Below are positions 1-12,088 of a stretch of DNA of 64,000 nucleotides, in pieces. The notes under the pieces were generated by a model. The model worked only from the letters and a program-made list of their open reading frames with translations. It was not told the DNA's origin and searched no databases. Origin of the DNA: Paecilomyces variotii (Eukaryota); NCBI GenBank assembly GCA_004022145.1, contig RCNU01000013.1, one strand, 5' to 3'. Both the position numbers and the translations under genes were made by a program. Position 1 is the first letter of the stretch; every line of letters starts with the position of its first letter.

Positions 1-737
1 GGAAAAGGTCGATATCTGGTTGTCGGATCGCTTCCTGGAACCAATCCTCCTGTATAGTTTCACCCACCTTATGAACAATCGTGTTATTGGCGTTCTTGTC
101 AAAGTCGAAAATGAATCCAAACGCCATAATCCGGATGCCTTGGATCTTTGTGGTGAATTTTCTGAATCTTGCAGCAAATGGGACCACTTCTCCCGTGACA
201 GGATCAATAATATCGAGATTTGAAGCAAGATAGCTCTTGCCAAATGTTGAAGTGGTATTTGTAAATTCTGCTTCAGAAACCTCACGCTTGTAAAGCTCAT
301 GGTTTCCAATTGTGATCACATCAATTTGCTGCTGTGCAAATATCTCTGGGATGTAAACACATTTGGGCGTTGACGCATCGCAAAGGCCATTTCCATCCAC
401 TCGGTCACCAGTATCGACAACTAACAGGTCTTGGTCCTGAGCTTCGGCCTTCTGGCGCATGTGATATGCAAACGATATGTAATCACCCCAATCAGCGGAA
501 TAAGAAGGCCTGTCCTAAAGGTATTAGAAACTTCGGTGATTTAGCACGGAGTGGTACAGCATACTCATGTAAATGCCCCGCAAGCCAGCCATGGGTGTCA
601 GTGGTGTGCAAGATGTTCAGCTGCCCCCATTGCAAGTCTCGTAATGGAGCTGGAATCGCTCTAGGTGCAGAGGGCTGAATTGCATGGCAAAGCGGTTGAA
701 ACAAGAGGAAGACGGTTTTCAACGACAGCCTTTTCAT
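1..737 (-). CDS. Secreted calcineurin-like metallophosphoesterase / 5'-nucleotidase-like protein; runs off the left edge
   Basis: ATG at 737; signal-peptide-like [19 protein letters not shown], then [15 protein letters not shown]; after an intron near 500-562, the metallophosphoesterase motifs [10 protein letters not shown] and IGNHELY. Confidence 0.85.
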
Positions 738-1452
738 GGCACTCTTTTCGTGAAACATGAAGCATAGGACATAAAGGCATAGGTTCCATGTGCCAACCGA
801 GGTCGGCGGTAATTGCGAATTTATTAGATGACATGTTGTTAGCTCAAAATGGCAAATCGTCTTGTTCAAGGCGCAGGAAAGACCTAACTCTAAGTGTAGT
901 ACCGATTTAAGAAACCGGGATTACCGCAATGTTCCATCTTGTTTTGAAGCTAGTTTTCGAGCTTCTGGTACAATACGATTACCGGACGCTAGGAGCTGAA
1001 CCAGCGCATGAACTCACCGGGGTCCTTTTTTCCAATGCATTGGCCAGCGGGATCGAGCGGATGATCCCGATCTGCACGAAGTCGATTACTCTGAGTGGGT
1101 ACGTTACGGGTCTTCCGATCTATAACCTCATGGAGAATCTCGGGCAGCACGAAGTTCACGCCACAGTAAACAGGATTCCACTAGCTGATCAAGATTGACT
1201 ATAGATGATCGATGGCTTAGCTGAAGGAGGATCAAGGGACGGCTGCCTTACCATTTGGTCATTTGGTCACGAAATCGTTCATTGAAGGGCACATTTTGAG
1301 TTAGCGTATTATGAAGCATTGCGCCTACTTGAAAATGAGTGCGTTAACGAAGTTAATTAAGCTCGTGGATTGTATTCTGTTCATGTCCTCATGTCAGTGA
1401 GGAACGTCTGAAAGCCGTGGGAAAAAACTGGCACTTGATCGATATCGATACC

Positions 1453-4400
1453 ATGGCTGTCGTTCTTTCTCAAGAACTATATATCCGAAAAGAAGAGAAA
1501 ACCGTCAACACCCTTCTTTCTCCCTTGCCCGAGAGTCCCTCCGTGACTGACATCGTCAGTTTTATCCTCAATCTCCCGATCGATTTGCACCATCTTCAAG
1601 GCTCCGGTGCCGAAGGCCAGTCTGGGTGTTCCATATACTTTGCTCGAGATCGTCGTGATGCCGGTAAAACCGTCGCGGTCGCTAAGGTGTTTCCGCCCTC
1701 TTGTCACTCCGATTACGAGGACGAAGTCTCGAGCCACCAGACGTTGCTATCTCTGCCTGAACCACCCGCCGCAGCTGGTGTGCTTGGATGGAGCAAATGT
1801 ATAGATGACAGGACGGGGCAATGGGCCGAAGTGATTGTTTACCAGCTGGCCCCGGGACAAGCACTCAATACTATGATCCGTGATATTGGGCGCATTACAA
1901 CGGTTCGATATATTTTGGAGCTGGCACAAAATGATGAACAGCTCAGGTTTGATGTGCTGGAGGGCTTTTTTGCCAGCGAGCTGCGTCTGCCCTTGACCGA
2001 GTACAAGTTGGGGGAAGGGAAGACCGACCATGAAGTCCTTTGCAACATGATAGGGCGTCGATTTGATCAGTTGATGTCCGGCTTAGTATCCTCCGTGAAA
2101 GCGGTGGCTTCGACTCTGGCAAAGCTGCACCGCATAAAAGGCGAATGGGGCGACGCTAGCGAATGTGTTGTTGAAAAGCTTCGTGATAAGCTTCGCGGCT
2201 GGGTTCAAGAAATCCAGGGACCTTCACGAGACGAGTACATGAAAGCGATCGGATATGAGCGAATAGAGCGACTAGTTGCTCTAGTTAACCGTGCTATCAG
2301 TGAGTCAAGACAGGAAGGACACGCATCACTTCTGCATGGTGATGCTTCGTCTGGGAACTTTTTCTGGGAGCCAATCCGTGGCATCACAATGATTGATTAT
2401 GGTGGATTAGCTCGTTCGATGGATTGCCAAGGGAATCCCATTGGACCAGCAGAGATGGACGTGGCTGGCTTTTATGAGCGGTTGCGAAAATATTCTGGAC
2501 AGTTCGGGATGAAAGAGAGTGATATCGCTACCGTGCAAGAGGAATTTTGGAAAGCATATCAAGCCCAAGGTGTCCCACTTAGTGAAGGAATAGTCCAGCT
2601 TTTTCGAACGCGTACGCAGCTGTCCAGACTCTGGTCTGCTGTTTCCAAGCTGAAGAAAAGTTGCGATGAGCGTCACCTGGCCCAATTGCGTGCAAAGGTC
2701 GAATTCGAATGGGACTATTTCCAAAATATCTTTCCCGAAATATCCCCCCCATGGCGTGTGCTCTTCGTTGCCAGCACCAGCGGGCCAGGCAAAGGAGGTC
2801 TACCATTATTCAACCAGGAGCTTGTCCGAGCGATGTCTGAGCTACCAAACACATCAGTAACTCTGTTTGTGGTCAAGTCAGAAGATGAGAAAACAGACCT
2901 TGCTACAGCTCATGGACAAGCAAAAGTAGTCAGTATCTCTTCTGGTGAATGCAATCCCAGCAGTCTTCTCTATCATGTCGCCAAAGTCCACCAGCCGGAT
3001 GAATTTTGTCTTCCAGCGACAGATCAGCAAGGTACTACTGCATTTGATCTCATCATTGGTCACTCGCGATATTCCAGCGCCGCAGCGACCTTGATCCGTG
3101 AAAGGTGGTACCCTGCAGCGAAACTGGCGCTCATTACCCATACTAGCCCTCTCCGCAAGTCAGACGTCGCCTGGAAATGGTACGGAGAGACTCGAGAATT
3201 GGGATATGTTGAAGCCGCTCGACTGGCGATGCTTGACGAGAAGATCCTTCCAAAGGCGGACTTAGCCGTAGGCGTTGGACCTGCTCTTACCGCTGAAGCC
3301 CGTGAACGCGAATGGATAGGACAGTGCAGTCGGCGACGCTCAATCCAGACAGGACCTCGCTTTCATGAGCTGGTTCCTGGTGCACACATTTATGAAAGTA
3401 CCCAGTCCCATCGACAGCTAGATGGGGTGTTCCGTGTTCTCCTTCCTGGTAGAGCAGACGACCCAGCTAAAGGACTAGATGACGCCATCTATGCAGTGCA
3501 GAAAGTCGCGACACTTGGAAATAAAATTGTTCTACATGTTCTGGGGGTCCCAATCAATGAAATGAATAGCTGGCAGAATTATGCCGACCAGATCACCGGC
3601 ACACAGGGTCTGGTGCAATTTCATCCGTTCTCCAACGACCGCCTAACCGTGCTACGCTCCTATCGAATGGCTGATTTAGTGATAATGCCATCCACCCATG
3701 AGGGATTTGGTATGATATTCACGGAAGTCGCTGGACTAGGCATACCTATTCTGGTGACCCAGGATAGTGGTGCTGGCCAACTTGCCCTTGACCGAACACG
3801 GATCCCCGTAGAGGTGGGCCAGGCCTGTGTGGTGTTGGATGAGAGCGCGTATGGTATTAAACCCTCGCCAGAAAGCGAGCGTGTTGCTATTTGGGCACAT
3901 CGTATTGACCATGTGCGGCGTCATTTAGACCAGGCTTGCAAAGACGCTCGAGCGCTACAACAAGTCATGCGAGGCTACTCCTGGAAACATGCCGCCCAAG
4001 CGCTCCTTAGTGCTGCGATAGAATCTACAACGGACACAGTGCAGAGGTCGAATGGTGTCATTGCTCCCATGGAGCAGTCGTCTGTTCCGTCTCTTTCACC
4101 AGATGTCCTTGCCGCCATGCATCGAGCAGCGCGCACGCGAAATCGAACTGGAGCTCCAGACCCTGTGCGGGCAGCAGAAGTCCTCCATAGCTTGCCAGAA
4201 GTCCATCCCACAACTACCTCCCTCGAGAAGCACGTTTCTACTGCTCTAGGATGTCCCGTCCGTCTTCGAAGTATGGACACAACACATCCGCAGGGGTTTT
4301 CAGGGGCCGTTATCTTGTTTGCTTATACCGAAGACTGCAATACAAAAAATGAATTGCCAGTCATGCCTACTGAGACATCCCAGGGCCGTGTAATTGCTGT

Positions 4401-5283
4401 GGTAAAGCTCTTCGTTCACGGACTGGACAATGGAATCACAGAGGAACTTTCCAGCTTGGAATGGCTCCTGCTTCAAGCCAAGGGTGAAATCCGGATAGCA
4501 GCCCCATTGGCAGTCTGGAAAATGAATTGGGAGAACAAATTAGCCGGAGTTGTCACATACGAAGTTGCTCAAGGCATGTCATTGTATCAGCTTATGATGC
4601 AGCTTGGTTCCACGCCACGAGGAGCAATGAGAGATGACATCTTGGCCGTCCTCAAAGCGGGGGTGGAAGAAGTTGCACGGACATTAAAAAGATTACATTC
4701 CTTTGGACTCCAGGGAAAGTCAAGTGCTAACTATCTCGAGTGGTATTTCAGTGCTTTGGCACAGCGAGTTGAGACAGCTTCATTGTACGCGGATATCCTC
4801 CGTCGTGAAGGACTCGAAGTAGATCAACTAGCGTCAGATATGAAGGAGCTGGCTACTCACTGCCAGGAAGACATGACCCGAAACCCACGCACCGCTGTTG
4901 TCCATGGCGATGCTCATCCCGGAAACTTCTTCTACGATCAGGCAACGGGCCAGGTGACAATGATTGACACCACGACTTTGCACACCTCTCTAGATGAAAA
5001 CGGTAAACCGGCCGGGGCTCTGGAGCGAGATATTAGTCATTTTGTGCATATGATGCGACGAACAGGAGAGCAATACGGAATGTCAGATAAGGAGATGGAA
5101 CTGTGCACTACAGTCTTTATGGATGCTTGCTTGGAAAACACAGCAGTGAGCATGCAAACCGTTCGGATGCTGATGGTGTGTTCGGCCCTATCATTCTTGA
5201 ATCGTTCGGCGAGGGAAGAAGCGGCGGATTTAGGCCGACAGGTGAAGATTGTACATGACCTATTGTGTTTTAGAAAGAAGTAG
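1453..5283 (+). CDS. Intronless ~1276-aa fusion: APH/kinase-like domain + GT-B family 4 glycosyltransferase + second APH/kinase-like domain
   Basis: First ATG at 1453 in the 1288-codon ORF. Kinase 1: VAVAKVF, LLHGDASSGNF, TMIDYG. GT4: GKGGLPLFNQEL, IIGHSR, GRADDPAKGLD, MPSTHEGFGMIFTE. Kinase 2: IAVVKLF, VVHGDAHPGNF, TMIDTT. Confidence 0.85.
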   Translation: MAVVLSQELYIRKEEKTVNTLLSPLPESPSVTDIVSFILNLPIDLHHLQGSGAEGQSGCSIYFARDRRDAGKTVAVAKVFPPSCHSDYEDEVSSHQTLLSLPEPPAAAGVLGWSKCIDDRTGQWAEVIVYQLAPGQALNTMIRDIGRITTVRYILELAQNDEQLRFDVLEGFFASELRLPLTEYKLGEGKTDHEVLCNMIGRRFDQLMSGLVSSVKAVASTLAKLHRIKGEWGDASECVVEKLRDKLRGWVQEIQGPSRDEYMKAIGYERIERLVALVNRAISESRQEGHASLLHGDASSGNFFWEPIRGITMIDYGGLARSMDCQGNPIGPAEMDVAGFYERLRKYSGQFGMKESDIATVQEEFWKAYQAQGVPLSEGIVQLFRTRTQLSRLWSAVSKLKKSCDERHLAQLRAKVEFEWDYFQNIFPEISPPWRVLFVASTSGPGKGGLPLFNQELVRAMSELPNTSVTLFVVKSEDEKTDLATAHGQAKVVSISSGECNPSSLLYHVAKVHQPDEFCLPATDQQGTTAFDLIIGHSRYSSAAATLIRERWYPAAKLALITHTSPLRKSDVAWKWYGETRELGYVEAARLAMLDEKILPKADLAVGVGPALTAEAREREWIGQCSRRRSIQTGPRFHELVPGAHIYESTQSHRQLDGVFRVLLPGRADDPAKGLDDAIYAVQKVATLGNKIVLHVLGVPINEMNSWQNYADQITGTQGLVQFHPFSNDRLTVLRSYRMADLVIMPSTHEGFGMIFTEVAGLGIPILVTQDSGAGQLALDRTRIPVEVGQACVVLDESAYGIKPSPESERVAIWAHRIDHVRRHLDQACKDARALQQVMRGYSWKHAAQALLSAAIESTTDTVQRSNGVIAPMEQSSVPSLSPDVLAAMHRAARTRNRTGAPDPVRAAEVLHSLPEVHPTTTSLEKHVSTALGCPVRLRSMDTTHPQGFSGAVILFAYTEDCNTKNELPVMPTETSQGRVIAVVKLFVHGLDNGITEELSSLEWLLLQAKGEIRIAAPLAVWKMNWENKLAGVVTYEVAQGMSLYQLMMQLGSTPRGAMRDDILAVLKAGVEEVARTLKRLHSFGLQGKSSANYLEWYFSALAQRVETASLYADILRREGLEVDQLASDMKELATHCQEDMTRNPRTAVVHGDAHPGNFFYDQATGQVTMIDTTTLHTSLDENGKPAGALERDISHFVHMMRRTGEQYGMSDKEMELCTTVFMDACLENTAVSMQTVRMLMVCSALSFLNRSAREEAADLGRQVKIVHDLLCFRKK

Positions 5284-5910
5284 TTATAGTTACGATATGT
5301 ATCTCGGAGTTAGGTAGCCTTGATTGTCAAATTATCCGCGATGACAAATTTTATGTGACTGCATCTGTAAATCTACTGAAAATCAACTTCCTTCCATGAT
5401 TTACCTTGGTATTTTGCCTTTTTCCCCATCTTATTTCATCACCGAGAGTTTTCCCTTTACCAAGGCTCGCCCTCCACGGCCCGTTCCAGGGCAGTTCCAT
5501 GGGAACCACATAGACGGGGACGGAGATCGTACCCAAAGAAGCATCCTCTGCAAGTACGTAAATCGTCTCGTGAACACTTGCCGCTTGGAGTAAGTTATCT
5601 GCAGGCTGTCGATCATCACGTATAACTAGTGTAGACATGGCGGCATATCCATGTGGCTGGCTGCGATCTTTGTATTACGGATGAAATACACTAGCGCTTG
5701 ATACATTTTTAAACTCGCAGCTATCGTCTCCGCTTTCAGCTCAGCCTGCAGAGCTGTTAACTGTTAGTTATTTTGCGCACTTATTTGATAATCTTAGAGG
5801 GCTCGTGCAGCAGCTCGATGATGTTTCTTGCTTCCCTTCAATCCCTCATGTTACCTGGATTGTTCTGAGATAGCTCCTGGTGCAATTCGCATGAACACCT
5901 GTTGCCGGCC

Positions 5911-8691
5911 ATGAATTCACCGAGCGCTGCTCAGGTATTCCTTCCTTACATCCGCATCAGCTATCCAATTGTCCTGCTGGTTGTTTTCTTCGTCGTGTTT
6001 ATCGTTCACTCCGCACATATTGCCAAAGATGCTGGCGGGCACAGCGGTTCGGTGCAGTATGGCCCCAATGGGAAACCATTGCCAAAGCGCACTCGGGTCA
6101 TGATGATGGTATCCAGAGACTTTGCAGCAGAGCTGGCAAAAAATAGATCTAGGACTCTGTTTTTGTGGTTAGCATTATTCCTTTTGACCACATACATTGC
6201 AGAGGCGGCAATCTATATGCTACATGTCATGCTCGCCCAGTCGCAGCAATGGTGGTGCGGTCAGGCCGTGGTGGTGAGTCTCCAATTTCTTTGTGAAAGA
6301 AGAAAACAAAAACAAAAAAGGATCTAACGATGATAGATATTCGTTGTGGGCTCCTTTTTCGCGCACTCGGTGGTTCTGATTTCTTTACTTGATATGGATC
6401 CTTCTCCCAACGTTGCGCAATTTGTCCCCTGGTGTTTGGCCCTGCCCGTGGAGCTGGCTATCCTAGCTACTTCGATCTCGACCTATACCAATGTCCACCA
6501 TGAGCCCACAGTTGGTGATTCCTTTGGAGGACCTCTGCGTACAAGGTTGACTATATGGGAAACGCTGGAGATCACTGTCGGGGCCGCTCGAGTTCTAATC
6601 CTCACGCTACTGGTCGTATGCTACATCGTCAAAATTGTGGTTCCAACACGTCGTGTTCGAAGAGAGATCGAAGGGGTCAATTCAGAGGAAACAGCTGATC
6701 TGCTGGATTCCACGCAGGATCCCAGTTCAGAAGATAGTGACAGCCCAACCGACGCTGAACAGACTTTTCCAGAGCCGTGGACAAGGCCACTCAAGACCCC
6801 AACTACCAACTGGTGGGAGTATCTCAGTGGCTACTCACTTTTCTTTCCTTATATCTGGCCATCCAAGTCCCGTAGGCTGCAGATTATCGCCATTTTTTGT
6901 TTCTTTCTATTGGTCTTACAGCGAGTGGTGAATCTCCTTGTGCCGTACCAGGTCGGGGTAATTACAGATTCGCTATCCATAAGGGAAGGACAGCTGCGTG
7001 TTCCGTGGACACACATATGCCTGTATATCTTCTATCGGTGGCTCCAGGGTAGCCAAGGTTTGATCGAGTCGGTCCGTTCGAATCTGTGGATCTCCATCAG
7101 CCAGTACGCCTATGCGGAGTTATCGACCGCTTCATTTGAACATGTACATCGCCTAGGTCTAGATTTCCACGTGAACAAGAAGATGGGCGAGGTGCTTTCC
7201 GCTCTCACCAAGGGCAATTCCATCAATACTTTCCTTGAGCAAGTGACCTTTCAGGTCCTGCCCATGTTCATTGACCTGGCTATTGCCATTGGCTACTTCC
7301 TCGTGTTCTTTGATGCTTATTACGCTCTAACGATCACCATCATGACATTCTTTTATTTATATATGACTATTAAGATTGCTTCCTGGAGAGCAGATATGCG
7401 GCGACAGATGGTCAACGCTTCGAGACAGGAAGATGCTGTCAAGTAAGTTTTGGTCTCCCGTCGCCTCCCCAACTCCATGTTCTTGATCTATTGACGTCTT
7501 TATGATTCTAACGGATGCAGAAACGATTCCCTCATATCGTACGAAACAGTTAAATACTTCAACGCGGAAGAATATGAGTTCAACCGCTACCGGGGCGCAG
7601 TCAACAACTATCTAGAGGCTGAATACCACTCCCTCTTTGCGCAGAATCTGATGAATATATGCCAAAACACAATATTCATGCTCGGTCTTCTGGTTACTTG
7701 TTTCATCGCCACATATCAAGTAGCTCGCGGCGAGCGTCCTGTTGGCCAATTCGTCACTCTCCTATCATACATGACGCAGCTTCAAGCCCCATTGAACATC
7801 TTCGGAACTTTCTATCGGTATATTCAGTCTGCATTGATCAATGCAGAACGTCTACTCGAACTTTTCCGCGTCCAGCCATCCATAGTTGATAAGCCGTCTG
7901 CTGTGCCATTGTCCGTTTGTCAGGGAAACATCAGGTTCCAAAACGTGCATTTTTCATACGATGCGCGGAGACCTGCCCTTAACGGACTGACGTTTAACTG
8001 TCCACCGGGTTCGACGACTGCCTTTGTGGGCGAATCTGGAGCTGGCAAATCGACTCTCTTCCGCTTGCTCTACAGGTTCTATAATCCAACTGAAGGAGAG
8101 ATTTTCGTCGATGAACACAACACTGAAGATGTGACTATTGATTCGGTACGGAGACATATTGGAGTTGTTCCGCAGGATACTGTTCTCTTCAACGAGACTC
8201 TCATGTACAACCTCAAATACGCCAACCAACACGCCACAGATGAGGAAGTATATGACGCATGCCGCGCAGCTAGCATACATGATAAAATCATGTCTTTTCC
8301 CGACGGTTACGAGACTAAGGTTGGAGATCGTGGCTTGCGATTAAGTGGTGGAGAGAAACAGCGCGTTGCTATTGCCCGAACTATCTTGAAAAACCCCCAA
8401 ATAATCTTATTAGATGAGGCAACAGCAGCACTGGACACAGAAACAGAACAGCACATTCAGCATGCCTTGTCTGTACTCTCGGAAGGTCGAACGGTGTTGA
8501 TCATCGCTCACAGACTGAGCACCATCATCGCTAGTGACAACATTATCGTCTTGCATGATGGTCGAGTAGCAGAAAGTGGGACTCATAATGACTTGTTAGC
8601 TGCTGGCGGTCGTTATTCGGCCATGTGGCAGAAGCAGGCTCGAGCGCAGAGAGAAGCTGCACTTGCGGACTCTAGTAGTCACAGAGATTAA
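5911..8691 (+). CDS. hmt1: Half-size ABC transporter, HMT1/ABCB6-type heavy-metal tolerance protein (3 exons)
   Basis: Exons 5911-6273, 6337-7442 and 7521-8691 join in frame; N-terminal membrane extension; GESGAGKST, LSGGEKQR, ILLDEAT, IAHRLST; HMT1-typical GPNGKPLP and GEVLSALTKG. Confidence 0.9.
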
Positions 8692-9670
8692 CTCGTCTTG
8701 ATGAGATATGTTTACTGATATATTGCTATTTCTAAAAAGCTTGTAAATTATATCAGAGTTTCTCAATTCACACCTTTATGTTTTTATGAGCATAACGTGT
8801 CTGTTGAGCCTTTTTCAAAGTGAGAATTTTCCTATTTAAGCTGCCACCATTTTCAGAAGGGGGTCCTTTCATATTAATCAGGTGATGATCTCAACTTAAT
8901 GTTGAGATGTACTGATAGAGTAGTATAAGGCGAGGAATTCAGTAGATAGCCAAACCTTGAATTGATGTCTGGGTCACTCTAGACGCAAATCACACGTGGC
9001 CCTTTTACTCGACGTCAGATGTTTGATAAACGATAGCACCTAGTACTGCGGTCCGTCCATTGTAAATTGATTATCCTCTCTAGTCAATCATCGGGGTATA
9101 TCGCGCGTATGGTTTGTCAAATGGAGTCGACATCAAATAATCTATTCGTGGGTAAGTTGACAGTGTTGTATGCTAGCGATAGTATAGCAAGGAATGAACG
9201 ATAATCTTCTACATATCTTACAGAGAAAATCTCCCTCGATGAAACTGGAGTAATCAACAAGCCTCCACAGCTTATAGTCCGTCGAAGTCCAAGGAAACAG
9301 GTAACAACGGTGATATTACTTGTTATCTCCAATGACTAGTGTACGCTTTCTGTAGAAGGTGTATGAAAGAGTTTACTAGACACTTTGTATGCTAAAGGGA
9401 ATATATATGGAGGCTAACTACCCCTAGCTTCAGGTTCAAGATGGCTGATCACTAGGAATTTCAAATCATAACCATGCTTCGCAGCAATTTCTATCCGACA
9501 AAATACAGAGCTAGCTATGCGCATATCTAGAATGAATACAATCAGTCTATACAACCGGTACTTACGAAGAGCTCGTCTTGGCTTCACCTGTCCATATAGA
9601 CCTGGCTACTAGACCCTAGCACCACGATGAGGTGCGAGCTTGTTGCTAGGGGGGGGAGGGGAAATGGGAG

Positions 9671-10083
9671 ACCACAGTTTTGCTCCGCAGCATCGTGCAG
9701 GCTAGTAGTCAAGGGAAGACCACAGTTTTGCTCTGCAGCGTCGTGCAGGCTAGCAGTCAAGGGAAGGGGAAGACCACAGTTTTGCTCTGCAGCGTCGTGC
9801 AGGCTAGCAGTCAAGGGAAGGGGAGACCACAGTTTTGCTCTACAGCGTCGTGCAGGCTAGTAGTCAAGGGAAGGGGAAGACCACAGTTTTGCTCTGCAGC
9901 GTCGTGCAGGCTAGCAGTCAAGGGAAGGGGAGACCACAGTTTTGCTCTACAGCGTCGTGCAGGCTAGTAGTCAAGGGAAGGGGAAGACCACAGTTTTGCT
10001 CTGCAGCGTCGTGCAGGCTAGCAGTCAAGGGAAGGGGAAGACCACAATTTTGCTCCGCAGCGTTGTGCAGGCTAGTAGTCAAA
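9671..10083. repeat. Minisatellite, 8 copies of a 48/53/54-bp unit
   Basis: Unit ACCACAGTTTTGCTCTGCAGCGTCGTGCAGGCTAGCAGTCAAGGGAAGGGGAAG starts at 9671, 9719, 9773, 9826, 9880, 9933, 9987 and 10041. Confidence 0.97.
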
Positions 10084-10111
10084 GTCAAGAGTGATTTTCC
10101 AGGTGGACAGC

Positions 10112-11242
10112 TCATTCTCCAATTTGCAGACATAGTGCCACGATGAAATTTGCAAACTTCTTCATGTGCTGGGACTCGTCTGTCTTAAATGGGCCGAATT
10201 CAGTTATTCTCATAAAGGTGTCTCGTTCCTTATTGCGGAGGTATTCGATATAATTCAGATCATACTCCGCTTTGACCACGAAGATTTCGTGTCGATCCTG
10301 CGCTATGAGGTAACGCCTTGATGTCAAAATTAGCTGAGATGAACAAAGAACAGCACGGGAAGCCGTCATATTCCAAATTATATTGGGTATTGAGACTTAC
10401 TTCTTGGCTGGGATTCCTGGGTCTTGTTCGTGATTATGCAATATCCATAAGAGCATTTCTGCAGCCTCCTGCATGCGAACCCTGTTATCTCTTCGGACAT
10501 GAGCTTTTGTCTCAACAATTGCTATCACTGTTCGGCCATTATCCTGTAAGAGCCGCAGGTAGCCGTCGGTTCTTGCCTCCATAGTTGTATGTTTAAACTG
10601 GTGTTTGAAAAGAAACCGTGCAATTGACCACTCGCATTTAACGTTGGGGATATTGATTGTGAGCGCAGTAAGTAACTTCATCAACGCCTGGTTGACGATC
10701 TGTTCATCACTTGCTGGCTTCCAATCTATCCATGTCTGGTCACAAGCTGCAGTCATATTACTGAGGGCGCTTGCAGACGCAGAGCCGTCGCTTGAAGAAG
10801 GTGTCGCTCGGACAGGGGTGAATCGAACATTCTGGCTCATAGAATCGTCTTGCGTTTCCTGGGCCGGGAGATTAGTCTGAACCTGCAGCTGGTAATATCT
10901 CACCATCTGGAAAACTCCCAATTTATCCCCACCGTTTGTGTACGAGGGTACGCCTTTATTTCCTTGTTTTATATGCTCGATATATGACTTGAAAGGAGCT
11001 ATCCGGTCAAGGATAGCGTTTGCATCTCTTTCATAGGCCTTGGGAATGTAAAGGCAGGCACAGCTCTTGGTGGTCCAAAGAACCCTGAAGGTTAAAAACT
11101 GCTCTTCGGTTACAGAAGATCCAGAATTCAGGGTTTTAATTTCAGTGATTGACTTAGCTTTGGATCCTGCAGGGAAACGTTTTTCCCACTCCTCCTTGTT
11201 CTTTGGGAGACGAGTAGCACCTCCTTGGTTGTTGGAGGCCAT
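10112..11242 (-). CDS. Hypothetical protein, fungal PD-(D/E)XK nuclease-like family (2 exons)
   Basis: Exons 11242-10401 and 10316-10112 join in frame; motifs DEQIVN, ARTDGYL...IAIVETKA, MQEAAEM, IAQDRHEIF. Confidence 0.7.
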
Positions 11243-12088
11243 GGTTCCGCTGCTTTAGTAAGCTTCCAACAGACAATTCGAATCTATTCTCAGTGTTATT
11301 TGCTCGAAAATAAGCGATGATGAAATCGTTATAAGCTATTCGGATTGTGTTTCGGATGCTTTGCAGTTTGAAGAGTCCATTTTGATCAGTCCTGTAGACT
11401 AGGAATATCTTCCTTCCTGATGCACCTTCCTGATGCACCCAAATACTTGAGGAAGGCACAGAACAGATGCCTCATCAGGGAACCCCTCTCGGTCATTTTC
11501 AGTTTACGTCCCAGAACGCCTTTCGATCTTAGCTAGAGTAATCTACCTAGTTTGCTCTCTCATTTATAATAGAAGCGTGGAATTAATTCATGTTTGGTGC
11601 CCTCGTCTTTTCAGTCGTGAGATCGCTTGGTAGATACCTTGGAGCGCGAGGTCCAATGGAGACTAGTCATAGACGTATTATACTAGGTAGAAATAAGCGG
11701 TAATGAAATAACAGTCAATATAGTCTGACCAAGACAAGTCAAGTCTACTGTACATACTTCAAGCCGACCGTAGATTGCATCATGGGCGGTTGCGTAGGCT
11801 GCGATCGCTGAGGATTTTCAACAAGATACGATCCGTGGGACTGAGTATCCTATGACGAAAACTGAAAGTAAACGACTCAAGTCTTCTATGGTTTAGGAAC
11901 GATAAGCCACCGCGTCCAGGATTCATCTTCTCATTGAAAATGATGAAAATGATACAAGAAACGAAGCGACCCTGAACCTGTGCTGAGCGGCTTGGATACG
12001 GTGTACTGAAATCTCTCCTCAACTTCCTCTTCCGCATCTATTTCATCAGACGAAAGTAATTGCTCTCTTGTTATCTTTCTTTTTAAAT

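Noticed and set aside
9671..10083. CRISPR array or repeat-protein gene
   Set aside because: No unique spacers, no cas genes and a eukaryotic context; the 53-bp units shift the frame, so the listed ORFs are artefacts
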